Below, piece by piece: positions 1-9,006 of a stretch of DNA of 45,883 bases; positions within the stretch are counted from its first letter, which is position 1, and each line of letters opens with the position of its first letter. The position numbers and the translations under genes are program-made. The notes under the pieces are model-generated. The model saw only the letters and a list, made by a program, of their open reading frames with translations, ran no database searches and was not told where the DNA came from. Origin of the DNA: Anaerolineales bacterium (lineage in GTDB: Bacteria; Chloroflexota; Anaerolineae; Anaerolineales; JABWBV01); contig JABWBV010000002.1 in NCBI GenBank assembly GCA_013359445.1, positions 1-45,883 on the forward strand, read 5' to 3'.

Positions 1-533
1 GCATAGCTTTGTAGTTCATAGGGCATGGTGTTTTTGTCGTCGGTGCGGCTCCGGGAGCCGCGAATATATTCTCCGACTTCAAGGCGATCTACGGTCCAGC
101 CCCAGTAGGAGAGGGTGGTGGCGAGGGTGGAGGGGCCGCAGTAGTTCCATAGGCCGTGTTGGTGTTGGTATTTGAAACCGGATAGCCGAACGGTTTCCGG
201 GAGGGGGGTGGGGGTCAGGGTGGGAGGGGGCGTGAGGGTTGGGGTGAAGGTTGGCCCCGGTTGGGTGGCGGTGGGGGTGCTGGTAGGGGAGGGGGTGGGG
301 GTGTTGGTGGGGGCGAGGAGCACCTGCAGGGTTTGGGTTACGGAGAGGTCAATGGCGTCGATTTGTTCCTGTGGAATAAATACAACTTCTTCGGGCGGGT
401 TGAGTTTGTAGCGGATTTCTGCCACCCACAAATCCAGGCGGTTCCGCACCGGGGGGAGAAATGATCCTGCGACGCCCAAAAATATGAGCACGGGCAGGAT
501 GATCATGAGGGGTTTTGCGAATTTTCGAGACAT
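1..533 (-). CDS. C39-family cysteine peptidase, membrane-anchored, with Pro/Thr-rich linker (5' part only; runs off the window)
   Basis: Not in the ORF track. Manual translation from ATG 533: MSRKFAKPLMIILPVLIFLGVAG (TM/signal) ... TNTPTPSPTSTPTATQPGPTFTPT linker ... YQHQHGLWNYCGPSTLATTLSYWG, a C39-like Q..C motif. Confidence 0.8.
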   Translation of the reverse strand, partial: MSRKFAKPLMIILPVLIFLGVAGSFLPPVRNRLDLWVAEIRYKLNPPEEVVFIPQEQIDAIDLSVTQTLQVLLAPTNTPTPSPTSTPTATQPGPTFTPTLTPPPTLTPTPLPETVRLSGFKYQHQHGLWNYCGPSTLATTLSYWGWTVDRLEVGEYIRGSRSRTDDKNTMPYELQSY

Positions 534-629
534 AATGGGCATTGTATCAAGGCTTGATTAAGAGGGGATGTGTCTCCCTTTGGGCATGAGTCCCCATGTG
601 TTTCTGGCGTGGTGTCAGGGGGTGAACTT

Positions 630-1088
630 TTAGGGTAAGTTTACAAGAATGGTCCACAAGCCTGCCCCCACTAAAAAACTTGCCCATGCAAAACAGAAAC
701 TTAAAAACAGGAGATCGAACTTTGGCAGTCCGGGTTTAAGCACGGAAATGCCCGGACTACCCGGGTGATAAAACACGACGACGAGCGCGTAGGCTTCGTA
801 TTTCTCGATCATTTCGACGGTATTGGGACGCGCCAGGGCAAAGGTAATATTTTTCGATGTGTACCATTTTCCATTCACCAGATATTGGTAAACGATGTCT
901 GGGTATTGGTCGTTCTTGCCCAAAAAGCTCCATTTTCGGAGCCTGGAACGGAGAATTTTGCCTGAGACGCGGAGCCACTTTTTGCTGGCCAGACCACCAT
1001 AAAGGCGGAATGCTAACCATCCCCAGACCCCCAAGATAAAGAGATAGGTCAGGCTCCAGACGAGAATAAGGCGTAGGTCGTCAAACAT
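630..1088 (-). CDS. DUF3592-like membrane protein
   Basis: N- and C-terminal TM helices flank YPDIVYQYLVNGKWY...VVVFYHPGSPGISVL. Confidence 0.75.
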   Translation of the reverse strand: MFDDLRLILVWSLTYLFILGVWGWLAFRLYGGLASKKWLRVSGKILRSRLRKWSFLGKNDQYPDIVYQYLVNGKWYTSKNITFALARPNTVEMIEKYEAYALVVVFYHPGSPGISVLKPGLPKFDLLFLSFCFAWASFLVGAGLWTILVNLP

Positions 1089-1124
1089 TACGTGGGCAAA
1101 GACTCCTCTGAGATGTGCGAAAAA

Positions 1125-2576
1125 TTACCACCCGCGTGCCCGTGCAATGGCCCAGGCGAAAATTTCCGCATATCTTTTCGCGGAGGTTTCCCAAGATAAA
1201 TCCTGGTTCATGGCATTTTTTTGGATAGTTTGCCAATGGGGGCGGTTGTGATAATACGTTTGTAACGCCCGATACATGGCGTTCCAAAACGCGTCGATGG
1301 TGTAATCGAAAAAGGTAAACCCTGTAGACCCATCGTAGACGGTATCGGCCAGGCCCCCTGTCATCCGTACAATGGGCACGGTGCCGTAACGCATGGCGAT
1401 CATTTGCCCCAGGCCGCACGGCTCAAACCGGGAGGGCATCAAAAACATGTCTGCGCCGGCATAAATCAACTGAGATAACATTGCATCATACGTCAGGTAC
1501 GCGCGCATTTTGTCTTTGTGATAATGCGCCAGACGCGTGAACATCTGCTCGTATTCATCCGCACCCGTCCCCAGCACAATAAACTGCGCCTCCCCGCCCC
1601 CAAAGCCGTTGAGAAGCATGTGTAGGGGGTGCCCCATCAAGTCTAGTCCCTTTTGGAAGTCCAAACGAGAGACCAGGGCCAGGAGGGGGACATCATCCCG
1701 TTGGGGGAGGCCCGCCCGCGCCTGGAGTTCCCGTTTGTTGAAAATTTTGGCTTCCAACGAATTCGTGTCAAATTTATGAGCGATGTAAGTATCCGTGGCA
1801 GGGTTCCAGACATCCGTATCAATGCCATTCAAAATCCCGTGGACGTCGAACGCACGGCTGTGCAGGAGTTTATCCAGGTGGGCGCCGTATTCGGGGGTCA
1901 TGATCTCGCGCGCATAGGTCGGGCTGACGGTGTTGATCATGGTTGCATGGTGAATGCCGCGGGCCATAAAGTTGACTTCGTCATAATTTTCTTCTGCTAA
2001 GCCATAGGTTTGCACCCCCATGTAGTCGAAAATTTTCCAATGGGTCCGCCCCTGGTGCGCCAGATTGTGGATTGTGAAAACGGTCGGAATGTTGCGGAAC
2101 CGGTCATCCTGTGTCCCCGCGGTCGCCAACCAGGTAATGAGCGGGGCGGCGTGCCAATCGTGGGCATGGATGACATCGGGCCGCCAATCCAGCGCGGCAA
2201 GCAATTCGACTGCCGCTTTACAAAAGAAGGCGAACCGGTAAGCATCGTCGCTGTACCCGTAAATTTCAGGCCGCCCAAACAAATTCCACTCGGCAATGAA
2301 ATAAATCGGCACATCCGATCCCGGCAGGGTTCCCCGAAACCCCCCAGCCGGACTCACCCCTACACCCGTCGGAACCCATAACTGACCGGGGAGGGCTGAT
2401 AGGCCATATTTGTTGGTCGTGTGATATTCATGTTCCACCTTTTGATAGGCTGGCATCACCACGCGCACATCATGTCCAAGTTTTTGGAGATATTTGGGCA
2501 AGGCCCCACACACATCGGCTAGACCGCCGGTTTTGGCAAAGGGGGCAACTTCCGCGGAAATAGAAAGAATTTTCAT
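1125..2576 (-). CDS. glgA: Glycogen synthase (GT5)
   Basis: KTGGLADV ADP-glucose motif, HAHDWH, FTIHNLAHQG, PSRFEPCGLGQMIAMRYGT. Confidence 0.97.
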   Translation of the reverse strand: MKILSISAEVAPFAKTGGLADVCGALPKYLQKLGHDVRVVMPAYQKVEHEYHTTNKYGLSALPGQLWVPTGVGVSPAGGFRGTLPGSDVPIYFIAEWNLFGRPEIYGYSDDAYRFAFFCKAAVELLAALDWRPDVIHAHDWHAAPLITWLATAGTQDDRFRNIPTVFTIHNLAHQGRTHWKIFDYMGVQTYGLAEENYDEVNFMARGIHHATMINTVSPTYAREIMTPEYGAHLDKLLHSRAFDVHGILNGIDTDVWNPATDTYIAHKFDTNSLEAKIFNKRELQARAGLPQRDDVPLLALVSRLDFQKGLDLMGHPLHMLLNGFGGGEAQFIVLGTGADEYEQMFTRLAHYHKDKMRAYLTYDAMLSQLIYAGADMFLMPSRFEPCGLGQMIAMRYGTVPIVRMTGGLADTVYDGSTGFTFFDYTIDAFWNAMYRALQTYYHNRPHWQTIQKNAMNQDLSWETSAKRYAEIFAWAIARARGW

Positions 2577-2798
2577 AGGATCAAGTGCAAAGAATAAGTT
2601 AAAGCCATAATGAAGGAGACATTCACATATGAATTTTACTTTATTTTATAAAGTCTGTTGGGGCAGAGACCACAATTCTCGAGGTGGATATGAACGGACG
2701 AACGACTTTCCTAAAAAAAACGCGCGGAAATCAACAGATCTGCATAAAGATTGCCGTTCGTTGAAACGGAGAATTGTTTGGGTGGAGAAACGAAGCGA

Positions 2799-2826
2799 TT
2801 GTCGCACCTGATCGAGGTGGTATAAT
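2799..2826 (+). promoter_or_regulatory. Putative sigma70 promoter of prfA operon
   Basis: TTGTCG-N16-TATAAT with extended -10 TGn, about 130 nt upstream of prfA. Confidence 0.55.
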
Positions 2827-2958
2827 GCCACGCGCACAGCATCACGCACAGAAAACAACCAATCTGGCGTGTGACCTTCACAGCTCATCCCAACGTACTC
2901 TGCATGAGTACAAGAAATCATCCACCAGGTTCGCGCTCAACCTAAAGAAACTAAATTT

Positions 2959-4026
2959 ATGCTCGACAAAATCAATATCATCGAAACGCGTCTGCACGAA
3001 ATAGACGAAGAACTTGCCAGTGTTGGGGGCGACTACGAACGGATCGCCCAATTGGGGAAAGAACGTGCCGAAATTGAACCCCTCGTGACCAAAGGCCGAG
3101 AATATCGTCAGGCCCTGGAAAATTTAGCCCAGGCGCGCGACCTCATCAACGGAAATGATGCCGAAATGGCCGAACTGGCCGCCCTCGAAATCGAAGACCT
3201 AGAACCGACCATTGCCACGCTGGAAAAAGAAATCCGGTCGATGCTCCTGCCCAAAGACCCCCGCGACGAACGCAACGTCATCGTCGAGATCCGGGCCGGC
3301 GCGGGCGGCGATGAAGCGGGCATTTTCGCCGCCGATCTCTTCCGCATGTACACTCGCTATGCCGAACGCCTGCGCTGGAAAATCGAACTACTCGACGAAA
3401 ACGAAACCGGTGTGGGGGGGTACAAAGAAGTCATCTTTATGATCAAAGGCAACGGCGCCTTCTCCCGCCTCAAATACGAATCCGGCGTTCACCGGGTCCA
3501 ACGCGTGCCCGTGACCGAGTCGCAAGGCCGCATCCACACCTCCACCGCCACCGTCGCTGTCCTGGCCGAAGTGGACGAAGTGGAAGTCGATATTCCCGCC
3601 AACGACATTCGGATTGACGTATTCAAATCCGCTGGTGCAGGCGGACAAAACGTGCAAAAGAACGCCACCGCCATCCGCATTACCCATCTCCCCACCGGCA
3701 TGGTCGTCACCTGCCAGGATGAACGTTCCCAAACCCAAAACCGGCTCCGTGCGATGGGCATTCTCCGCGCCCGCTTGTTCGAAATGGAAGATGAAAAACG
3801 TCGCCTCGAAATCGAATCGGAACGCCGTTCCCAGGTGGGCAGTGGCGACCGCTCCGAAAAAATCCGCACCTACAATTACCCCCAATCCCGCGTCACCGAT
3901 CACCGCATCAACGTCTCCTCCTACAACCTACCCGTCGTCATGGACGGCGACCTGGACACCTTCATCGACGAACTCGCCACCCGCAACGAAGCCGAACGCC
4001 TCGCCGCGGCCGGGCTGGACAATTGA
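2959..4026 (+). CDS. prfA: Peptide chain release factor 1
   Basis: GGQ motif (SAGAGGQNV), RF1-specific PxT ([14 protein letters not shown]), followed by prmC. Confidence 0.97.
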   Translation: MLDKINIIETRLHEIDEELASVGGDYERIAQLGKERAEIEPLVTKGREYRQALENLAQARDLINGNDAEMAELAALEIEDLEPTIATLEKEIRSMLLPKDPRDERNVIVEIRAGAGGDEAGIFAADLFRMYTRYAERLRWKIELLDENETGVGGYKEVIFMIKGNGAFSRLKYESGVHRVQRVPVTESQGRIHTSTATVAVLAEVDEVEVDIPANDIRIDVFKSAGAGGQNVQKNATAIRITHLPTGMVVTCQDERSQTQNRLRAMGILRARLFEMEDEKRRLEIESERRSQVGSGDRSEKIRTYNYPQSRVTDHRINVSSYNLPVVMDGDLDTFIDELATRNEAERLAAAGLDN

Positions 4027-4113
4027 AAATAGTGAAAGATGAATAGTGAATTCTTAATGGTTAATGACCTCCCTCATTCACAATTGACCATTCATCATTC
4101 ACTATTGACCATT
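4021..4113. repeat. Imperfect inverted array of 7-mer repeats at prfA/prmC junction
   Basis: aatagtg/aaagatg/aatagtg/aatggtt units followed by complementary cattcac/aattgac/cattcat/cattcac/tattgac units. Confidence 0.6.
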
Positions 4114-4986
4114 AAATCCCGCCTCGCCCCGTACACGGACACCCCCTCCCTGGACGCGCAAGTTCTCCTTGCCCATCTCACCAAGCAACCTCGCGCGTGG
4201 CTCCTCGCCCATCCCGAAGCCCCCCTCAGCCCCCCCCAACGCCAACACCTCGAAGACGCCCTCCAGCAACTCGAAGGTGGCCTTCCCCTCCCCTATCTCC
4301 TCGGTGCGTGGGAATTTTTCGGCCTCACCTTCAAAGTTACCCCCGCCGTCCTCATCCCCCGCCCGGAAACCGAACTACTCGTCGAAACAGCTTTAGAATG
4401 GCTAAAGCCTTCCTCCTCTCCTGCCGGAAAAGGGGCGCGTTTGTCTTTCGAACGCCGGGGTGAGGGATTCCACGCCGCCGATGTGGGCACCGGCTCTGGG
4501 TGCATCGCCATCTCCCTCGCTGTCCACTGCCCCCGACTCCACCTCCTCGCCACCGACCTCTCCCCCGCCGCGCTCAACATCGCCCGCCACAACGCCCAAA
4601 CCCACCAGGTCTCCGACCGCATCACCTTCCTCGAAACCGACCTGCTACCGCCCAACCTTCCCCCTTCCACCTTCCACCTGATCTGCGCCAACCTCCCCTA
4701 CATCCCCACCGCCACCCTCCACACCCTTACCATCTACGGGCGCGAACCCACCCTCGCCCTGGATGGTGGCCCGGACGGACTAGCCCTGATTGAACGCTTC
4801 CTGACTCAAGCCGCAACCTCCCTTGCCCCCGGCGGGTTAATGCTCTTGGAAATCGAAACCACTCACGGCGAATCGGCCCCTACTCTCGCCCGCCAACATT
4901 TTCCCACCGCCGACATAAAAGTCAAACCCGACCTCGCCGGACACCCACGCCTGCTTTGCATCCAAACATCCTCTGATGCAGGTTAG
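4039..4986 (+). CDS. prmC: Release factor glutamine methyltransferase (start uncertain)
   Basis: VLIPRPETELLVE, DVGTGSGCIA SAM motif, NLPY (NPPY variant), ALDGGPDGL; position after prfA. Confidence 0.93.
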   Translation: MNSEFLMVNDLPHSQLTIHHSLLTIKSRLAPYTDTPSLDAQVLLAHLTKQPRAWLLAHPEAPLSPPQRQHLEDALQQLEGGLPLPYLLGAWEFFGLTFKVTPAVLIPRPETELLVETALEWLKPSSSPAGKGARLSFERRGEGFHAADVGTGSGCIAISLAVHCPRLHLLATDLSPAALNIARHNAQTHQVSDRITFLETDLLPPNLPPSTFHLICANLPYIPTATLHTLTIYGREPTLALDGGPDGLALIERFLTQAATSLAPGGLMLLEIETTHGESAPTLARQHFPTADIKVKPDLAGHPRLLCIQTSSDAG

Positions 4987-5028
4987 TTTGCTGGTTTGAT
5001 GAATCGCTGAATTGCTGAATCGCCCCGT

Positions 5029-5655
5029 ATGAAAACCACCCTCCTCTCCGCCAATGATCCCTATTCGCTTCGCCACGCCGTAGATGTCCTGCGGAATGGT
5101 GGCATGGTTGCCTTCCCCACCGACACTGTCTACGGCCTGGGTTCTTTAGCCTTTGACGCCATGAGCGTAGATCGGTTGTACATCGCCAAAGGGCGGAGTC
5201 ATGAAAAAGCCATCGCGATTCTCCTCAATGGCGCAGACCAACTCTCACAAATCGCCCAAAACCTCAGCGAAGCCAGTCTAAAACTAGCCGAAACATTTTG
5301 GCCAGGGCCACTCACCCTAGTTGTCCAAAAACACCCCAGCGTGCCCGACGCCCTTTCCCCCCTGCCCACTGTGGGCGTGCGCGTGCCCGATCACCTCGTG
5401 GCGCTCAAACTGCTTGCCATGGCAGGCCCCCTCGCGGTGACCTCCGCCAACGTATCTGGCGAAAAAAACACCAACTCCGCCAAAGAAGTCATGGATCAAT
5501 TGGGCGGACGGATTCACCTGATTTTAGACGGGGGCCGTTCCCCCGGCGGAATCCCCTCCACCGTCGTCGATTGCACCACCCCTAGCCCCACCGTTCTCCG
5601 CCCCGGCCCGATCTCCATTCGCGACATCGAAAAAGTTCTGGAAAACCCCGGATAA
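5029..5655 (+). CDS. tsaC: L-threonylcarbamoyladenylate synthase (TsaC/Sua5, YrdC domain only)
   Basis: VAFPTDTVYGL, KGR, FWPGPLTLV, TSANVSG, PSTVVD. Confidence 0.93.
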   Translation: MKTTLLSANDPYSLRHAVDVLRNGGMVAFPTDTVYGLGSLAFDAMSVDRLYIAKGRSHEKAIAILLNGADQLSQIAQNLSEASLKLAETFWPGPLTLVVQKHPSVPDALSPLPTVGVRVPDHLVALKLLAMAGPLAVTSANVSGEKNTNSAKEVMDQLGGRIHLILDGGRSPGGIPSTVVDCTTPSPTVLRPGPISIRDIEKVLENPG

Positions 5656-5846
5656 TCCCCCGCCTCCCTTTCAATCACAGCATACTTCCGAAGGTTCAAC
5701 CCAACGTGCTTTCAGAATGGTCTCAAACTTCAAAAATTTTATCGTTGTCAATCTTTGGAAGCCTGCCGTCCCTCTCACCAAACCTTTAACTCTGATTCAT
5801 ACGATGTTTAAGTCCCCGAGGATAATAGAGATACATCCTCCTCCCC

Positions 5847-5885
5847 AAAAAAGCCGCACTCAGGAAAACCTGATGTGCGGCTTTT
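5847..5885. terminator. Intrinsic terminator-like hairpin (bidirectional)
   Basis: aaaaaagccgcactcagg-aaaa-cctgatgtgcggctttt. Confidence 0.7.
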
Positions 5886-5899
5886 AGGTTAAAAGGGTT

Positions 5900-5922
5900 T
5901 GGTATAATTCGGCAAATAGGAG
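5900..5922 (+). promoter_or_regulatory. Extended -10 promoter and RBS of Uma2 gene
   Basis: TGGTATAAT at 5900-5908; AGGAG at 5918-5922, 7 nt before ATG 5930. Confidence 0.55.
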
Positions 5923-5929
5923 TTTTCCA

Positions 5930-6640
5930 ATGGTTACATTTGTTGCCCCACAAGAATTATCCGCCTCCGACCGCACCCCAAAGCGGATCAAGATGAGCTA
6001 CGAAGAATATCTCCAATTCACTACCGATGCCCAAATCGTAGAATGGGTAGAAGGGGAGGCGATTGTCTACATGCCGCCAATTCATTTACATCAACGCATT
6101 GCGAATTTTTTGAATCTCTTAATTAGTTTCTTTGTTGAGCGTCTTGATTTAGGGGTAGTTATCATTCCCCCCTTTGAAGTCAAACTTTGGCCCGGCGGCC
6201 CCTCCCGCGAACCAGACCTGATCTTCATCAGCGCCAGCAACAAAACCTCTCTCACGCGGGAAAGATTTAAAGGTGCGCCTGATCTGGCTATCGAAATCGT
6301 CTCTCAGGGCAGTGCCACCGAAGACCGTGTCCGCAAATTCACCGAATATGAAAAAGCAGGCGTCCGCGAATATTGGCTGATTGACCCACGCCCACGGAAG
6401 CAACAGGCCGATTTTTATGTCTTGGGCGAAGACGGGTTCTTTCACTCCCAACCGATTGAAGACGACGGCGTTTATCGTTCGACCGTTATCCCCGATTTCT
6501 GGTTCAACGTAGATTGGCTTTTTGGCGAGGAACTACCCCCCGCCCAATCTGCCCTCGCCGAAATCATGCTCACCCACCCAAACGTATCCCCGGAAGAAAA
6601 AACGGCCTACGAAATTCTCCTCAAAGCCAAACGAAAATAA
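5930..6640 (+). CDS. Uma2 family (DUF820) PD-(D/E)xK putative endonuclease
   Basis: REPDLIFI, GAPDLAIEIVS, YEKAGVREYWLIDP. Confidence 0.92.
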   Translation: MVTFVAPQELSASDRTPKRIKMSYEEYLQFTTDAQIVEWVEGEAIVYMPPIHLHQRIANFLNLLISFFVERLDLGVVIIPPFEVKLWPGGPSREPDLIFISASNKTSLTRERFKGAPDLAIEIVSQGSATEDRVRKFTEYEKAGVREYWLIDPRPRKQQADFYVLGEDGFFHSQPIEDDGVYRSTVIPDFWFNVDWLFGEELPPAQSALAEIMLTHPNVSPEEKTAYEILLKAKRK

Positions 6641-6665
6641 AAAAAGCCCGAAAGGGCTTTTTTTT
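6639..6665. terminator. Bidirectional intrinsic terminator between Uma2 and tsaD
   Basis: A-run, gccc-gaaa-gggc, T-run between convergent genes. Confidence 0.8.
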
Positions 6666-6672
6666 ATCAACA

Positions 6673-7701
6673 TCAAACTTCCGTCAACGGCCAGTTCGGT
6701 AACGCATCAAAATCCAACCCATCCCGCTGTCCCTTCATAAACCGAAAATGTCCTGCCCCGGCAATCATCGCCGCGTTATCCGTACACAAAAACAACGGGG
6801 GAATATGCACCGGGAGCAGAGTCCGCATCCCAAACGCCTTCCGTAACTCAGAATTTGCCGACACCCCGCCTGCCACAATAATCCCCTTCGCCCCAAACTT
6901 CTTCGCCGCCTCGATGGTTTTGACGACCAATACTTCTACCACCGCCGTTTGAAAACTCGCCGCCATATCCGCGGCGGGAATCGCCTTCCCTTTTTCTTCC
7001 AACCCGCGGACTTCTCGCAGAACTGCCGTTTTCAGGCCGCTGAAGGAGAAATCCCAACCGCCTTCCAGCCACGCGCGGGGGAACTTAAATGTGAGGGGGT
7101 TGCCACCCTGCGCGGATTTCTGAATCGCGGGGCCGCCCGGATAGCCCAGGTCGAGCAGGCGCGCCACTTTGTCAAACGCCTCCCCCGCCGCATCGTCGAG
7201 CGTGCCTCCCAATCGTTCGTAGGTAAGATGATCGCGCATCAGAATCAATTCCGTATGCCCCCCGGAGACGATCAACACTACGAGCGGAAATTCCGGCTCG
7301 GGCACGGGGTCCGCCCCCGCGCGGGCGAGCCACGCCGAATACAGGTGCCCCTCCAGGTGGTTGACTCCGATCAGGGGTTTGCCACTCCCGAGCGCTAACC
7401 CCTTCGCCATGTTGATCCCCACCACGAGCGACCCCGGCAGACCCGGCCCGCGGGTGACTGCGATCGCGTCCACGTCCCCCAGGCTGAGGTGGGCTTGTTT
7501 GAGGGCTTCATCCACAATCGCGTGGATGGTGACAATGTGCTGGCGCGAGGCCACTTCCGGGAATACCCCCCCATATTTCGCGTGAATAGTCTCTTGTGAG
7601 GCAACCACGTTCGAGTGAATCACGCGCCCGTCTTCCACGATGGCCGCGGCGGTTTCATCACATGAACTTTCAATACCAAGAATACGGGTGGGAGCGCTCA
7701 T
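6673..7701 (-). CDS. tsaD: tRNA N6-threonylcarbamoyladenosine transferase
   Basis: ILGIESSCDETAAA, GGVFPEVASRQH, NHLEGH, VSGGHT, DDAAGEAFDKVAR, CTDNAAMIA. Confidence 0.97.
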   Translation of the reverse strand: MSAPTRILGIESSCDETAAAIVEDGRVIHSNVVASQETIHAKYGGVFPEVASRQHIVTIHAIVDEALKQAHLSLGDVDAIAVTRGPGLPGSLVVGINMAKGLALGSGKPLIGVNHLEGHLYSAWLARAGADPVPEPEFPLVVLIVSGGHTELILMRDHLTYERLGGTLDDAAGEAFDKVARLLDLGYPGGPAIQKSAQGGNPLTFKFPRAWLEGGWDFSFSGLKTAVLREVRGLEEKGKAIPAADMAASFQTAVVEVLVVKTIEAAKKFGAKGIIVAGGVSANSELRKAFGMRTLLPVHIPPLFLCTDNAAMIAGAGHFRFMKGQRDGLDFDALPNWPLTEV

Positions 7702-7741
7702 TTACCTTATCTACCTTATCTACTATATTTACCGTATCTAC
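7702..7741. repeat. Short 9-mer tandem repeat (tatctacct family, about 4 degenerate units)
   Basis: ttacct tatctacct tatctacta tatttaccg tatctac; same unit as 43618-43777. Confidence 0.75.
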
Positions 7742-8982
7742 CCCCGCACCGGAATCACCAAATCCAACGGATACTCCGCGAGAATTTCCATGACCCCATC
7801 CGGGCGCACCCAGACGGTGTCTTCGAGCCGGACGCCCATGCCTTTGCTGGGGTAGTACAGGCCGGGTTCCACGGTGATGACCGCGCCAGGGAAGAGAACG
7901 TCTTTGTCGGAAGCGTATTCCTTGTTGCGGAAGGAGGGGGCCTCGTGGACATGCAGACCGAGACCGTGCCCGAGCGAGTGGATGTACCCTTCTTGCAGGG
8001 TCAAATCCCCGCGGATGGTTTTGTGGCCGAGGGCTTCGAACATGTCGCAGACTTTTTCCTGGTATTGGGCACCGGGGGCGTTGAGTTTGAGTTCGCCCAT
8101 GATGGTGTCATAGGTGGAGCGCACGTCGTCGTACAGGCTCTCGACGCCATCGGGGGCATAGCCGAGGCTCCAGGTGCGGGTGAAGTCGTAGTAGTAGCCG
8201 CCACCGGCCTCACAGGGGAAGATGTCGAAGATGATGGTTTTGCCCGTTTCCAGGGCTTCGTCGGGGTTGCCCTGGCTGTGGGGGACGCCCGCGTCGCGGC
8301 CCTGGGCGAAGATGAAGCCTTCGGGGGCTTCCGCGCCGCGTTCGGCGAGCCAGAAGTTGATCTGGCGTTTCACATCGCCGATGGTGAGCGGGTTTCCGTC
8401 GGCTTTGGTCAGTTTGCCGTTTTTCGCGGGATGGCTGGATAGGAATTCGGCGGTCAGGCCGACGACTTCGGTGGTGATTTTGCCCATCTTGCGGATGCGT
8501 TCGATTTCGGTTTCATCTTTGGTGGCCATCGCTTGCAGGAGGAGGGAGTTGCCGGGGGCTTCGCCGATGATTTCGAGGTCAGGGGCAATTTTTTGCAGGC
8601 GGGTGAAGATGGCAAAGGCGTCGTTGAGTTCGGTTTTGCCGTAGAGGGCCACGCGCCCGGAAGTGATGTCGTGGTCGGCGAGCATTTGCTGGTAGCGGAG
8701 GGCGGAGGCGAGGATGCGGTCGCCGTTGGCTTTTTGGAGCAGGTTTTTATAGTTGTAGTCGCTGAGGTTTTTGAGGGTGAGGCCGGATTTGGCGGCTTCA
8801 TCCCGCTCCATCGTGCCGTGGAAGAGGACAGGGGCCGCGCCACGCGGTTTGATCAGGTCGGCGTGGGTGAGGGGCGCGCCGCCGGTGAGGTAGTACATGG
8901 CGGGGTTGTGTTGCCCCGCCCCGGTGACGAGGAGGGCGGCGAGGTCATTTTCTTGCATGAGACGGTCGAGGTCGGATTTCAT
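7738..8982 (-). CDS. M24 family Xaa-Pro aminopeptidase/dipeptidase
   Basis: DFTRT, HSLGHGLGLHVHEAP, TVEPGLY, GVRLED metal-binding motifs. Confidence 0.92.
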   Translation of the reverse strand: MKSDLDRLMQENDLAALLVTGAGQHNPAMYYLTGGAPLTHADLIKPRGAAPVLFHGTMERDEAAKSGLTLKNLSDYNYKNLLQKANGDRILASALRYQQMLADHDITSGRVALYGKTELNDAFAIFTRLQKIAPDLEIIGEAPGNSLLLQAMATKDETEIERIRKMGKITTEVVGLTAEFLSSHPAKNGKLTKADGNPLTIGDVKRQINFWLAERGAEAPEGFIFAQGRDAGVPHSQGNPDEALETGKTIIFDIFPCEAGGGYYYDFTRTWSLGYAPDGVESLYDDVRSTYDTIMGELKLNAPGAQYQEKVCDMFEALGHKTIRGDLTLQEGYIHSLGHGLGLHVHEAPSFRNKEYASDKDVLFPGAVITVEPGLYYPSKGMGVRLEDTVWVRPDGVMEILAEYPLDLVIPVRG

Positions 8983-9006
8983 GTGTGCTTCCTTTTGACA
9001 CGAATT

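Noticed and set aside
2600-2958. rpmE or an RNA gene upstream of prfA
   Set aside because: No L31-like ORF or tRNA-like structure; the region looks like divergent promoters.
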